Positions 23,586-37,235 of a stretch of 64,000 nt of DNA are shown here, piece after piece (the stretch's first letter is position 1; the number at the start of each line of letters is the position of its first letter). The translations under genes were made by a program, and so were the position numbers. Source of the stretch: Vicugna vicugna (taxonomy: Eukaryota). The stretch spans positions 124,001 through 188,000 of the forward strand of contig MU058844.1 in assembly GCA_013265495.1 (NCBI GenBank), read 5' to 3'. Under the pieces are notes generated by a model that was not told where the DNA came from, searched no databases, and saw only the letters and a program-made list of their open reading frames with translations.

Positions 23586-26500
23586 TAATCTTTTAGCTGC
23601 CCTGCAATTTATGTATTTTACACCTGTTAGATAAGAAAACCCAGATTCCAAGAAGTTAAATAATTTGTCCAAAGTCTCACAACAGAGTAATGGCTAATGC
23701 CGGGATTCAAATCTGGGTTGGTTCTGGCTTTAAAGATGGTGATCTTGCTACTATACTGTATCTCCAAGCAAACCAAACACTCAGCCAAGTCAGGGCCCTT
23801 CAACAGTGTACATACATGTAGCCAATCTCCACTCTATGTATTAATGTCCCTGTCCTGCATCTAAAGACAGACATCAGGAAAATGTCCTGTTGTGCAAGCC
23901 TTGTAACTTCCTCTCTCCCCCTGCTCCTCTGCCACAGCTCCAGGGAAGAGCGACAGGCCCTCAGAGGGCAGGCGTTAGAAGTAGTCAGGCCTCAATACGG
24001 CAATACAATACAACTATAGCTGTAAGCAGAGACAGTTTGCTGTCATTAAACTCTGCACCAACACTCCATAAAAAAACTGTCAGTAATACAAATACTAACC
24101 AAAAGCACCAGCATCTGGTTTCTGAACTCAGGGCTTCTTTCAAAGATCTAGAACACCAGTAATTAGCCATTTTAGGATAGGAGGCTGAGGGGAAAAAGTC
24201 ACTGGCTGCCATTTGCAAAATTTTTGCCAGAAACAACTTGAGGTGCCTATTGTAGACTCATCCTACAAACTAGCTAAGGGATTTAGTCACTTAAAATTGT
24301 TTTTTGTATTTTTAGCTCAAGACAGGAGTTTTGCATTGCACTCTTGAGGAATTACGAGTATCTGTGATATTCCTAATTTTCAACCAGGGCGAAAATCCAG
24401 ATACACCTGCACCTCAGTTAACTGATCATCACAACATACTGTGTAGGTTTTGGGGAGGAGTGACAGGCAGGGATGATGGCAGAGAGCAGAGGCCACGGCC
24501 AGCCTATGTGCACTGCGAGGTTCGAGATCTAGCCCTGCCACTTACTTAGTATGACCTTGAGGTGTGATATGGAGACCATTCCACCATCTAGAAGGTGAAG
24601 AATAATACTTTCCACATAATAATACACATATCAGCCACACTGTATACTGCAAAGGGCCTAGTAAAATTCCCTATTCTTAAAGCACATCAGTTATTTCTCT
24701 TCCCTTTTTCTCCTTTCAGCAATTCCAGCTACATTAGTCACACCAGTCTTCAAACAGGGCACAGAATGTCCTGCTTTAAGAGGAAGCACAATTTGGTATA
24801 GCCTGGAGAAGTAGCTGAAGAAGCTTAAGTAGAACAGTGGTGCTTGTTCTCATGGATAATACAACCTGCTTAGTTTAAGGAGTATGATTTACACAGCAAT
24901 TTGGATGAGCCTAGAAGCACCACCCTTTGCTGATGATCATTTGTTTCAAAATTCATTAAAAAGTCCTGTAACTTTTCAGCTGTTGGTAAAGGTTATAAGA
25001 GAATATTTCTTTGGCTGCCATTTGTAGAAGTGTAGATTTCTATCAAGGAGGACACATGCTGAGGGGAAGGGGTGAAACTCTTACATATGAAAGCAGGCTA
25101 AATTTATGGAAATCTTATGCCTATGTCTGTATTTGCGGGGGGGTGGGGGGCTATGGATCTAATTTATATTTCCGTCTAGATAGGAAGAGGAAAGAGAAAT
25201 GTGTAAACCAGCTATGCCAGGATGCCCACTCACTATTTATTCATTCAATAACCAAAAATCTTGACTGCAATTAAAAGGTAGTAACGTGGCAAGGGCAGTA
25301 AGCAGTACAAACTGGACCTTATGGTCTAGAAAGTGCAACCACTCGGGCCCATGGAGTAACAGATCTGGCATTCCAGACTCTGTGTCATTACAGAATGACA
25401 GGTGGAAAGGACTTTGTGATTATCCAATCTGACTGCTCACCTCCCTGCAATTAACACAAAGGAAAATAGCTTTAAATGATTTTCCCAAGGTCACACAGCT
25501 ATTTTAGGGCAAAGATGGGGCTGGAACCCAAATATCTCCATCCCTGACCCAATGTTCTTCCCAGTACATCCATGTTCCTCAGACTAAGGCAGAATCACTC
25601 CCTGGGGCACAAGCAGTATGTACGCAAGGCAACAGGATAAACATGGTGCATTTTCCTGGAGGACTGATTCTACTTAATGATAAACATTTTTTATATTTAA
25701 AAATGCATATATTTCAGAAGAGAAGTATGAAAATGTTTAAGATAAAAAGAAGGTTTCAGAGAGGGTTTGTACTTGATCTGAGCTAGTCTACCTTCCCAGA
25801 CCTTCTTAGGAACAGGGTCAGTCTGAGGCAAGGGTTCTTTAGAGAAAACCTGGAGAAGCATTTGAGTATTCATGGTGTTTGGCTATTCAGTAACATTGGT
25901 TCACTCACAGGTAGGTGACCAGGGACTGGAAATGTATTAACTAAAGTCACAAAGAGCTGTACTGATAAGATATACTGCAGAGCAGTCCAAAATACAGTCG
26001 GTTGCCAACACCCAGTCTCACTGGCCTTCTTGGAAACTGGGTAGGAACAGTGTTGGAGTAAAGGGGAGATAGATAATTTCAAGAGACAATAAAATCAGAC
26101 AAATCTACAATAATGGCAAGATGTTACTTCCTCCAAGAATGAAATACGTATACTGGCCATTCAGGATATCTTCTTCCTTCTCTTCATGACAAAACTTATT
26201 CAATAATTTGTCTAAATCAGCTGTTTCCTTTATTTTCCACCCCTCCTGTGAACCTGTCACAGAAATAATGATTGATAAAACAGCAACTTTAACTAATAAA
26301 TTTATAAATAAAATAACTTTAATTATATTAGATATATTTTAAATTCTTTTCTGAGTTTTGTGAATCAACCTAGTACCAGGATGGAATTTGGGAAAGAGTC
26401 AGCTGTCATTGCTAACACTGATCTCTTAAAAGATTTTTTAAAACTTTGTTTCAAATTATGGGGCTACAGCCTGTTTAGAACCTGGATACTCAGAACCTAG

Positions 26501-27403
26501 AAGAGATAACATGCTAAACCCTAAAGGATGTATTGTATCAAATTCAGAAAACATTTTTTAGATAGTAAATATATACTTCTTTATTTCACCTTCATCTTCT
26601 CAAAAGACAGCAACAGACTATAAAAGTTTCTGGGTCCTGTACTGTTAATAAAGCCATCGAGAGAGAGTGTTATTCATATTGGATGGGAATAAACAGCTTA
26701 TGTGTGTCTGTCTAAATTCCTCATTTTTTACATAGCATGCCAGCACTGGTAAGCCTGGAAGATGAGTTCACACATCTGTGCTCAAAGGTTACTAAAAGCA
26801 AAAGTCAGTCTGATTTTCAGAGCACCCCCGGCTCTCTCTTTCCTTGGCTCTAGATCTGCCTATTCCATTCCAAGTTTTACCAGGTCCAGACTCTGAGCTT
26901 CTGTTCTTTTGCTTTTGAATGGTCTTGGTTTCCCCATCTCGATCCCCTGTGTCTTCTAAAAGAATGTGACTCTTTGGGTGCTTTGGATGGGTTATCTAAG
27001 ACCCTACCAACTTGTATTCAGTTTCTTCCAATATAGAAGACAGACCTCAGAAATTATATTTCTTCCATACTCACAAGTCAAAGCTTAGTCTCACTGAATA
27101 ATTTTTTATTTTCCTAATCCATGGCTAGTAGTCATATTTTGTATAATGATGTGAGGTACCAAATTTATGCTGAAGGGTCGTATAGTAAGAATTGAAGTTG
27201 TAAAATCCAACATAAATGACTCCAATACAAATATTTCAGAGAAACATTAAAGTTTTGAAAGCTCTAAACATTAAATTCTAAGCATTAAAGTTACTAAAAT
27301 CAGTGGGGACAAACTGTAAGATTTAACCACTGGCTTCTTGGAATATATCAAATTTGGATGCGAAAAACAAGTTTGACCACTATCAGTTAGTTTAAATACC
27401 TAC

Positions 27404-27527
27404 TCTCCCAAGGGCAAAAACATTTTCCGGGTCGTCAACATGTTATACAATGACTTAATCTCATGGTTTCCTGTGTTTGTTAAGACTCTTTGGTATAATC
27501 TGAGCTTCAATTTTATTGAAGCTAAGG
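27404..27527 (-). other. Candidate 124-nt exon (likely 5' UTR or non-coding)
   Basis: Acceptor with a long T tract (ccat-(T)n-tag|CC) and donor AGA|GTAGGT; one frame is open (LASIKLKLRLYQRVLTNTGNHEIKSLYNMLTTRKMFLPLG) but unrecognised. Confidence 0.35.
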
Positions 27528-27819
27528 CTAAAAAAAAAAAAAATGGAATTTCACTATATTTAATCCAGGGTAGAAAATAAAGGAATACATCTTTTATCAT
27601 TTTTTCCTGAGTTCTACAAACAAAACTACTGTAAAATCTGAATTAAATTTTATAAAAGATAGCACTTCTGCCACCTGTCTTTATATCTGGTCACCATAAT
27701 GCAGTCTCCATGGCATTCCAATTTATTACTAAATACAAAAAACCTAAAACATGTAGTATGTTTAGTGTATTTTGTATCTCTAAGTTAAAATAAGTATAAA
27801 ATGTTGCCAAAGAGACTCA

Positions 27820-28170
27820 AGGAGATATTAGATTCATAAAAAATATGAACTGATTAGAAATGTTAAGAATGAGAAAACACGATTATTGAAATAAAACCAA
27901 CAGCAGAACAGACACAGTTGAAGTAAAATATATGCGAGTTGGAAGACTGACAAAGGATCCTCCTTCTACTCTGGCAGAATGCAGCTCAAAATGACCACAA
28001 TGGATGGTATGAAAGAAAACCTGAGAGACATGGAGAATAGATTCACAAGTTCTAATATCAATCTAACAGAAGTTAGAGGAGGAAGGCAAAGGATGGAGGA
28101 CAAAGAATTGCTATTTTTTATATTCTTGACCTGAAAGATTCTCCAGACTAAAGAGTCCCATCAAGTACTG
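27820..28170 (+). mobile_element. L1/HAL1 ORF1-like fragment
   Basis: CAGCAGAACAGACACAGTTGAAG...GAGAGACATGGAGAATAGATTCACAAGTTCTAATATCAATCTAACAGAAGTT resembles the ORF1 'DMEDR.R.SNI..IGVPE' region. Confidence 0.6.
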
Positions 28171-28439
28171 AAACCTCTCTTCCTGAATGCCTCCGTACCT
28201 GTGGAAGAGACAGGCTGCCCTGAGACTTTTAATCAGCATGAGCCTCAGCTCCTACCTCTCTCTTCCCAAGACTAGAATTATCAAGATACCAAATTGCTAG
28301 TATTCCCAGTGCCATAATGCATCCAACAACATGCAAGGTGAACTTCCCCAAAGCTTTGACTCTTACTAAGCACTCAACAGATGTTATCTACTATTGTTAA
28401 TATTATTGTTATCATCATTATTATTACTTTATCATCATT

Positions 28440-28835
28440 GTCATCCATGCCCATGGCTTCAAATATCACCACTCATTTGCTAATGACACTTAATATAAGT
28501 CTCCAGTCAAGATCTCTCACCCGAGTTTCAGACATGTATTTAACTATGTATTTGACATTCCCACTGGGATCTCAAATAGGAATCTTAAATTTAACAGGAC
28601 CAAATCAGATTTATTTCTCTCTCTCTACTCTCAAACCCAAATCCACTTTTTAACAAATTCCACTGCCTAGCCTTCTTCATGTCGGTAAATGGTACTAATC
28701 TTCACTCATTTTCTCAAGACTGGGAGGTCTTTGATTTCTCATTTCCCCTCATTTCTAATCAATCAGAAGACCTGCTGGATCTACTCCCAAAATACACTGA
28801 TCCAACTATATCTTACCATCTATGCTACTGCTAAC
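28440..28835 (+). mobile_element. L2 LINE fragment
   Basis: TCATCCATGCCCATGGCTTCAAATATCACC...CTCCAGTCAAGATCTCTC...TTGACATTCCCACTGGGATCTCAAATAGGAATCTTAAATTTAAC. Confidence 0.8.
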
Positions 28836-29134
28836 TTAATTTAAAATTGTAAATCCTTCAAGATATTATATTAGTAATTATGTTAAAGATATTAGCCTTT
28901 TGTCATTTATGTTATAAATATTTCTTCTTGTCTAATTACTTTGTTTATAGTTGTTTTGGTGAACAGAAATTTTACATATTTATAGAATTAACTTTATTGA
29001 TTCTTTCCTTTATGGCTTAGAGCTAGCTGAGCTGTCTCCTATGCTTAAGTCCCCAGTATGTTCACCAAATAAAACATAATTCTCAGCTTTTAGGTTGTGC
29101 TTTTTTTTTTCAGCCAGTACTGGTATATCTCCTT

Positions 29135-29800
29135 CAATTTTTTATTATTAAGTTTTACTTACTTTTAAGAACTTTTTAGGTTTACAATGAAATTCAGAGT
29201 AAGATATAGAGATTTCCCATATATCCCTGTCCAACACAAGCATAATCTCCTCCATTATCAGTATCACTCACCAAAATTTTACATTTTTTATCAAGGATGA
29301 ACCTACACTGACACATCTTAATCACCCAAAGTTCATATTTTACCTCAGGACTGACTCTTGCTCAGCCTAGTCCTGGTGAACCCTATTCTATGGGTTTAGA
29401 CAAAAGTATAATGACATAAACCCATCATTATACTATCATACAGAGTATTTTCATTGCCCTAATATTTTCTGTGATCTGTCTATTCATCTCTCTCCCTCCA
29501 TACCTGGCAACCAGTGATTTTTTTATCCCCATAATTTTGCCATTCCAGATTGTCATATGATTAGAATGATACAGTATGTAGCTTTATTAAATTGGCTTCT
29601 TTTAATTAGTAGTATGCATTTAAGGTTCCTCTATGTCTTTTTTATGGCTTGGTAGTTCATTCCTTTTTACCACTAAATAGTATTTCACTGTCTGGATGTA
29701 CCATAGTTTACTTATTCATTCACTTCTGCACCATTCAAACTCAATTTGGCAATTATGATAAGGCTGCTATAAATATGTGTGTGCAGGTTTCCTGTGTAAA
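29135..29800 (-). mobile_element. L1 3' end (L1MA-type)
   Basis: TTTTAGGTTTACA...AGAGATTTCCCATATATCCC...GATGAACCTACACTGACACATC...TCTGGATGTACCATAGTTTACTTATTCATTCAC. Confidence 0.88.
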
Positions 29801-30344
29801 ACAATACTTTGTCTTTAGCCTGCCTTTGTAATTGTGTTTTAGGCAGGTCTCTTATAAATCATCATAGTTTTATTGGGGGTGAAAAGTGGGAAGAATCTCC
29901 AATTAGAGAATCTCTACCTTGTAAAGAGTAATTTATTCCATTCATTATTTGTACATTCTTGCTCATTCCTCAAAGTTTTTTACATACCATATTTTCTTGT
30001 CATTTGTTTCTCTTCCTTCATGATTTTTACTGAAATAATTAAGTTTATGTCATTTTTTCATTCTATTTCTTGCAAGTTATGTACTCTATTCTTATTCAAC
30101 TGGAAAATTTTAAACACATTTAAATTAGAACATTGAATACAAAGCTAGAGCATATTTATATCCTCTGCTGAGCAAAACAGTATCTGTGAAATGCTTTCTT
30201 TTCTTCTATCTCCTTTGCCTCTCTTTACCCCATTTCTGCTACTTTCCCATTTGGGAAATAAGGGACAATTTAAGCCCCAGATGTTTTTTTCCAAAGTGCA
30301 AATGACAGAATAAAAATTTCCCTTCTGCCTCAGATGCTTTCCTC

Positions 30345-31232
30345 CAATCTTTAATTCAAAATCTGCTCCACTACAGCCTTCCATCTCAGCTGATGCAATT
30401 CCATCTTCCAGTTGCCCAGCCCAAAATCTTGGATTCATCCTTGTCTCTTCTCTTTCTCCCACATCCCATTCCAGTCTGACAGGAGATCATGCTGCCTCTA
30501 CCTTTAAATTATATCCAAAACCCAGTCACTTCTCCCCACCTCCACTCTAGTCCAAACCATCTGCATCTCACACCTGGATGGATTACTCAGCCTTCTAAAG
30601 GGCTCCCCGTTCACCCTTACTCCCAGATCTCTATTCTTTACCTAGCAGCCTGAGTGATCCTGTTGAAATTGAAGTTGGCTCAAAACCCTGCAATGGTTTC
30701 CCAGTGTGCTCAGAGTAAAAACAGAGTCTTCCCCAGGCCTGCAAGGCCTGGCCTCTGGTGACGTCTCCGGTCTCCTGTTCTAACACTCTCTTATTCACTC
30801 TGCTATAGCCATACTCTTGCTGGTATCATTGCTCACGCATGTGTCAGCCATGTTTCCAACCCAGGGCCTTTGCCCCAGCTACCGCTGGATACAGTCCCTT
30901 ATTCACAGCTAACTCACTCATCTCATTCAAGTCTTCACTCACAGCCACTGGCTCAGTGATGCCTGTCCCAACCACCCTAATGTAACTTACATCCTTTCCC
31001 CATGCTACCTATTTTCCTTACACTGTTCTGTACCTTTTCTCTTTGTATAACACTCGCCACCTTCTGACATACCACATAACTTATTTATAGTACCCGTAGT
31101 TTACTGTCTGCCCTCTTCACACCCAGTCAGAATGTAAGATCCCCAGGCCAGGATCTTTGCCTCTTCTCCAATGTAAACCAAGTACCTAGACAGTGCCTGG
31201 CATACAGTAGGCACCCAATAAATATTTGCTGA
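30345..31232 (+). mobile_element. L2 LINE 3' ~0.9 kb
   Basis: CCATCTCAGCTGATGCAATTCCATCTTCCAGTTGCCCAGCCCAAAATCTTGG...AGAATGTAAG...ACAGTGCCTGGCATACAGTAGGCACCCAATAAATATTTGCTGA. Confidence 0.88.
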
Positions 31233-34000
31233 TTTTGGATGTACTTACTGATTTTTAAGTGGATGACTTTAATCTCAAATTAAAGCTACTTTCTCTGAGA
31301 AGCCATTTCTGACCAGCGGAGCTGGAACAGCCATGCTGGTCACATTACTCATGATCTTCTTCATAGCATGATCTCTATCACATGCTTTCATAGATGTGTT
31401 TATTTTCTCTGTTCCTTCATCTCCATGCTCCCCAACTTCACAAATGGAGAACTTTGCCTTGATTACCAGAGGACCTCCAGTATGTAGGGCGATACTTAGC
31501 ACATAGTAGAGTCTCATGAGCCTCGGCTCATGCGCTGGAGGGCTGGGGGCCTGTTTTTTCATCTAGCAGCCTTAAGGAAATGAGGGGCTGAGGCCATGAG
31601 TAAGCTGAGCCTGCTGCTTTGGGGAAAGCTCCTCTGCCTCTTCTGTCACCATCTGTTGGAGGTAAATGCCTGCACCCAGAATGTGCCTCAGCACGCCCTC
31701 AATGGACCTGAGCCACAGCGTCTAAGTCCATCTCACTGGAGAGTCCCCCTTCTTCTCCTCAGTCTCCCTCACCTGCCCCTTCCACACTCCTCCTGATGGA
31801 AGATATTCTTCAGGTCCACTGTCTGACCCAGCAATCTCCATGCCAGTAATCTTCAAATGGACTTTCCAAAGGCACAGTTTTATCCAAGTGAGTTCCTGGA
31901 TCCTCAACTTCCATACATACTCTTTTCTAAAACTGCCTGAGTGATTTTCAGTACTAACAATATTCTTTCTCCCACTTTACAAAAAACAGTCGTACCACTC
32001 ATATATCTCAAATCTTATTATGGTGCTCTGCCCTACACGGCTCAAAATGTTGGTTTGGGGGAAACCATGGATTTTATGTCTCTCCCTGTCTTCTAAACAG
32101 GTCTGTAAGAGTGAGGTTGGCCAGTGAGGGAAAATTCTGAATTCAGAACAAAGTAACACATTAGTGGTATGGATTATTTTTAAAGTAACTGCAATGTTAA
32201 AAAATCTGGAACCAACAGATTTTTCCAGATGTGCTGAATAAGGTCTACATATGAATTTGTCTGTTGATTTCTCTCAGATTTAATGTGTTATTCAGGAAGG
32301 TCATTAAAAACCTACTTAATCAAATCATGTCATGAAATAACTCATTCCACTTATGATCAATATTCACCTTCTTTCAATTTATGAAATGAGTAATGTCTTC
32401 TACCTCCTATTTTTAAAATGAGGAAAACATTCATATTTCAAGTTAAAATTGAGAGAAAGCACATCATTAAAAAAAAATCCTTTGGGGGTATTTAGCTAAA
32501 AGTTTGAAGATAACTGATCTACATTTAACTTCCCTCAAGGCAATGCTTCTGTTTTGTGAAGCTGAGGTGAAAATGAATTCTCTGGAACTAGCTATACTAC
32601 ATCTAGTAAAACTCCTTCTGGTTTCAAACACATGGACAGCAACCTTCCGTGACTTCCAGCACTTAAGCAGAATAGTTCTCATTTTACATTTCATTTAGGA
32701 TGGGACAGACTGACAGATGACTATCTTCAGCCACTAACCACTATTTACAAAACAATTTGGCCTCTATGGCGAATCTGTCAGCAATCCAAAAGCCTCACCT
32801 TGATCTCTTACAAACACTACATGTCATACACTGGGGTAAAAGCAACCACTATGCTTTACATTCACAGCTTTTCTCAGCAAGAAGAGGCAAGGAGTAGGGG
32901 CGTGGAGGAGGCGAAGAGAAGCAGAAGCAGCTCAGTCAGTGGGGAGAAGACACCTTATTAGTTTCTAAACCTCCAGGGGAAATGCATTATACTTCAGCAA
33001 GGCAATGACTGTGGCTTCAAGAACAGTTAGCACGTACAGACAACTGATATCCAATTCAGAAATGACTTATTGAACTCATCACAGTCCTTTAAACAAATGT
33101 AACTTCAATGTATTCTGAGAAGCCTTAAAAGCAGTAGCTGCTATACTTGGCTAGCTCATCATCTGTAACTACCATTTATTAGTTCTCACCACCTTTGTGC
33201 GGCTGGTATTAATAAGCACCTTTTAGAGTTCCGGGAAGTTAAGGATCAGGGAAGTCAGTGCAAGGTCAAACACCAAGTCCTGAATCTACGAGTCGTTCAC
33301 TCAGCTTTTGGTCCTATTTATGGGTTTACGCCCCTCCTCCTCCCAACCCCGCCACCCCCATCCCCTCTGCCTGGTCATGAGGTTTCATTTTCCAACTGCT
33401 TTGTTTGGTGTGAATTAGAAGGGTGACACCCTAGCTGAGAGATGAAGCAGCTAGCCACATTTCAACAGTAGAGGAGGGGTGGTGATTTAGAAGGAAACAA
33501 GATCTCAGTTGTGTTGCCTGCCCCAAGGCCTGACCACAGTATTCAGCAGCTCATCCTGATGAATGCACCATGACTTCAGCAGACATCCAGGGACACATTT
33601 CATTATTCCCTGGAGACAAGGGGAACTTTAGTTCCAGCCAGATCTCACATGGTCTGGATATGTCAATGCTTGCCAGATATCAAGATAAAAATGGAAAAGT
33701 TCCCCTCAGATGTCACTGGTCTAGACCTGGCTATACAATCCCAACATTCAGACAACTAGAATCATATATATGACTGACTAAGTGTTTCCATTTGCCTTTG
33801 AATGTCTGACGTCATTTTAACAGCCTGGATATAGTTCAGCTACTGAGGAACACGCTCATTGACATCAATCTTGTCAAAATTCATTAACTAAGTGCCCAAG
33901 TTTCCAGAGATAGATATTAGGCACTAGGGACCTTTAAATGTGCCTACTGTACAGATGGGTAAATAGATAGATAAAAATTTAGGTGCTTTTTGTGGTATGA

Positions 34001-34511
34001 TACGTCAGTTTTCTATTGCTGCCATAGCAAATGACCACAAACGCAGTGATTTAAAACAACATTTATTCATACTATGGTTTATTATCTTAGTTATGTAGGT
34101 CAGAAGTCCAACATGGATCTCACTGAGCTAAACAAGGCATCAGCAAGGCTGTGTTACTTCTTGGAAACACTAGGAGGGAATCTGTTCTCCTGCCTCTTCC
34201 AGATTCTAGAGGCTGACTGCATTCTTTGGCTCATGGCCCCTTCCTCCGTCTTCAAAGACTGCAACAGTGGGTCAAATTCTCACATCACATCTCTCTGACC
34301 CACTCTTTTGCCTCCCTTTTCTACTTTTTATTCATGTGATTAGAGTGGATCCATCTAGATAATCCAAGATAATCCCTTCATCTCAGAATCAGTACCCTTC
34401 ATCACATCACAAAGAGTCCCTTTTGTCATTTAAGGTAACATATTCCCAGGTCCTGGAAATTAAGACGTGTACAACTTTGGGGGCAGTCGGATAACTGTTT
34501 CGTCTACCACA
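34001..34511 (-). mobile_element. MaLR solo LTR (MLT1C/D-like), near full length
   Basis: GTTTTCTATTGCTGCCATAGCAAATGACCACAAAC...TCTAGAGGCTG...TTAAGGTAACATATTCCCAGGTCCTGG...CTACCACA; flanks TATGA and GATGA match 4/5 as a 5-bp TSD. Confidence 0.88.
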
Positions 34512-35377
34512 GATGAGTTTCTATTTTGTCCTGTTTATTTTCCATTTCAGCTGCAAGTAACTTGAGAATTCTGCTTCTCAGAATGCCAGGAGAGACAGAT
34601 CTCCTGAGTTAAGACTTGCTAACAGCTTATTGGCCAGGCAAGGCACTTACAGGTTTTTGGATGGTTTTAGATGCTTAATGCCAAAAGGTGGATGTGGAAT
34701 GGCTTTAAAAAGAGAAACTGTATTTGTTAAGGTAGGTGCAAATAAGGAAGATATTTCTTCTCTTGCTCACAAACAGTACTGGGCAGGTGAACAGGTTGGA
34801 AAGGTGGGCCTCCTCCCGCATTACAAACAGGACCACTGAGCTTTATGTACCTCCCAATGCGATACATTTGAGAGTATACAGCACCACCTATGAGGTTTCC
34901 TTGAACTATTTAGCCTATATATATTTTTTTATTTAGCCTATATTTAACCAAGCCCATGGATCCATCTACTAGTTTACAGGAAATATAGGGAATGGAAGAA
35001 CATAAATAAAAAATCTGGGAACAGAGGTTTTGCAGCAGAGGTCAATAAACAGTTACCTCCAAACAGCCTGTGCCACACCCCCAATGCCATATTTATTTAC
35101 TCTGTGAGCAGATGTAGCACATGGATCCCATCTTTGAATTCACCAGCGTACAGAAATTCATTAGTAGAAAATGGGGTAACAAGTAGTTGGCTTCTTTTCA
35201 TTCAACATAAATCTTTTATGTTATTTATTTTGGAATATACTATTAAGGTGGACAGATCATTTGTCTTTTACAATTTTGCATATTCTGGATTTGGGTGACT
35301 TTATTCTTGTGGTGGTGGTGAACATTCCATTCCCAATACTTCCCAAGACAGTCTGATGTAGGCTTTTTTGGTGAGTA

Positions 35378-35604
35378 CAGTTGACCACTGAACATGCTGG
35401 GTTAGGGGCACCAATTACTGAGCAGCTGAAGATCTGCATGGAGCTTTACAGATGAGCCCTCTGTAGCCCTGGTTCCGTGCCTGCAGATTCAACCACCCAT
35501 GGATGCTGTAGCAGCGCAGTATATATTTGTTGAAAAAAAAAAAAACAAACAAAATAGTAAGTGGACCTGCACAGTTCAAACTTGTGTTGTTCAAGGGTCA
35601 ACTG
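35378..35604. mobile_element. Tigger2/MER8-like TcMar MITE with intact TIRs and TA TSD
   Basis: TA|CAGTTGACCACTGAACA...TGTTCAAGGGTCAACTG|TA. Confidence 0.9.
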
Positions 35605-36639
35605 TAATTCTGATTCACAGACACAAACAGATTAAACTCCCTGTGTATTTTTCTCAGTAATCCTGAACAAAACAGTCATTATTTCATATCTTAATTTTGT
35701 TCCCATAACCTCAATGACTCAATTTCTTAAGAAACTGAAGATTCATTCTATAAAGTGTCTTTCAATGGAAATTTTCCACTGCAAAAGAAAGCAGCAGCCC
35801 AAACATGCTCACTGATAAATGCCACGGTCTTTCTAACTGAAGACTGTGGGTTGTGACTAGCTAGGGAAAGGGAAATGGCAGGGGGAGGGGGACAACTGGG
35901 TAATTCCTTTGTGAAAGGGTAAATAATACTTTAGGAAATATTTTGTTGCATTTATATTCACATGGATGTGTGTGCTGGGTTTAAACATGAACTGTATTTC
36001 AAAAAGCCTGAACATGGCTGCTTTAGGTGACTGACACTCCCATCATCACCATCACAAACACAACTTCAGCAACTGAAATCAAAAGGCAGGAGTCCCTTAG
36101 AAGATGATAACAAATAAGGTTACATTAATCTTTTAGTTAACGTTTAAATAAAAACACCTAGCTCTCATACAACCTTTGGTTTCCCTGGGTCCTTAGACCC
36201 CAAGTTGAGAAAGAATAACATAGTTCAAGTCCTTCATTTCAAGATAAGGAAAGCAAAACACAGGCAGGTGGGAATACATGCCCCTTCTATGTCTCTTGTC
36301 CTGTCCCCAAATCTTCTCTCAGAACTCTGTTCCTGGGGTCACACAGGCTGGAAGAGGGCTGGACTCCTACGGCTACAGAGCCAGATTACAAGACCTCAGG
36401 TGGGCTGCTGGCTGCACTCCCAGGGCTGCAGAGAGAATTGCTTAGCACTCCTTGGCCTACTTTGCTAAAATTCACCTGTCCTCACTGCCTCAGAGTTAAG
36501 TAGGGGAAAGGCTTGCAAAAGGAGTCCACCCCATGATTCAGTTTAGCTCTTTAGTAATATTACAGTAATAGCAACAGTTGTGACCTGGCAGATCGCACAT
36601 GTTTGGGATCTGAGATGTCACAGTCTCTTCCAACCTTAC

Positions 36640-36835
36640 AGAGAAAGAATAATGGTTAAGAGTCCAGCCTGTGCAGTTCAGATCCTGACTGCCACCTATT
36701 TGCTGTGTGACTTTGAGCAGGTCACTTGACCTCTCTGTGTCTCAGTTTCTTCCCCTATAAAATGGGGAAGGATTCTAATAATTGTATCTCATAGGGTAGT
36801 TATAAGGAATGAATGAGTGACTATATGTAATACAG
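36640..36835 (+). mobile_element. MIR SINE
   Basis: AATGGTTAAGAG...GTTCAGATCCTGACTGCCAC...GCTGTGTGACTTTGAGCAGGTCACTTGACCTCTCTGTGTCTCAGTTTC. Confidence 0.88.
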
Positions 36836-36969
36836 TGATGACATAGCTGCTCTTTCACTCCATCAATCTTATTTCTCACTATGCCTCTTCACTTACCCTT
36901 CATTCCAGGGACAAAACAAAAGATAAAAACACTTCTGCTTCTAGGATACCTTTACTCATGTCACCTAAA

Positions 36970-37235
36970 ACATTCATTCATCAAATACTTGTGTGGAGCC
37001 ACAAAACACAGACAAGATACGGTTTCCTGCCTTCAAGGTAGGTATAACCTGCCAGGAAACAAAGAAAAATACATGCAACCAATTACAAAGACTGTGCCAA
37101 GTGTAGAAACTGAGAAATGTGCTATACAACCAGGGAGGAGAAAGCAACTGAGTTGACCAGGAGGAGTCTCAGGAAGGCTTAAGGAGAGGGGTGAGCAAGG
37201 TGATGCTTCAACTGAGGCTTATGTGATGTGGGAAA
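36970..37235 (-). mobile_element. L2 3' end
   Basis: CATTCATTCATCAAATACTTG...GTTTCCTGCCTTCAAGG...TCAGGAAGGCTT. Confidence 0.7.
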
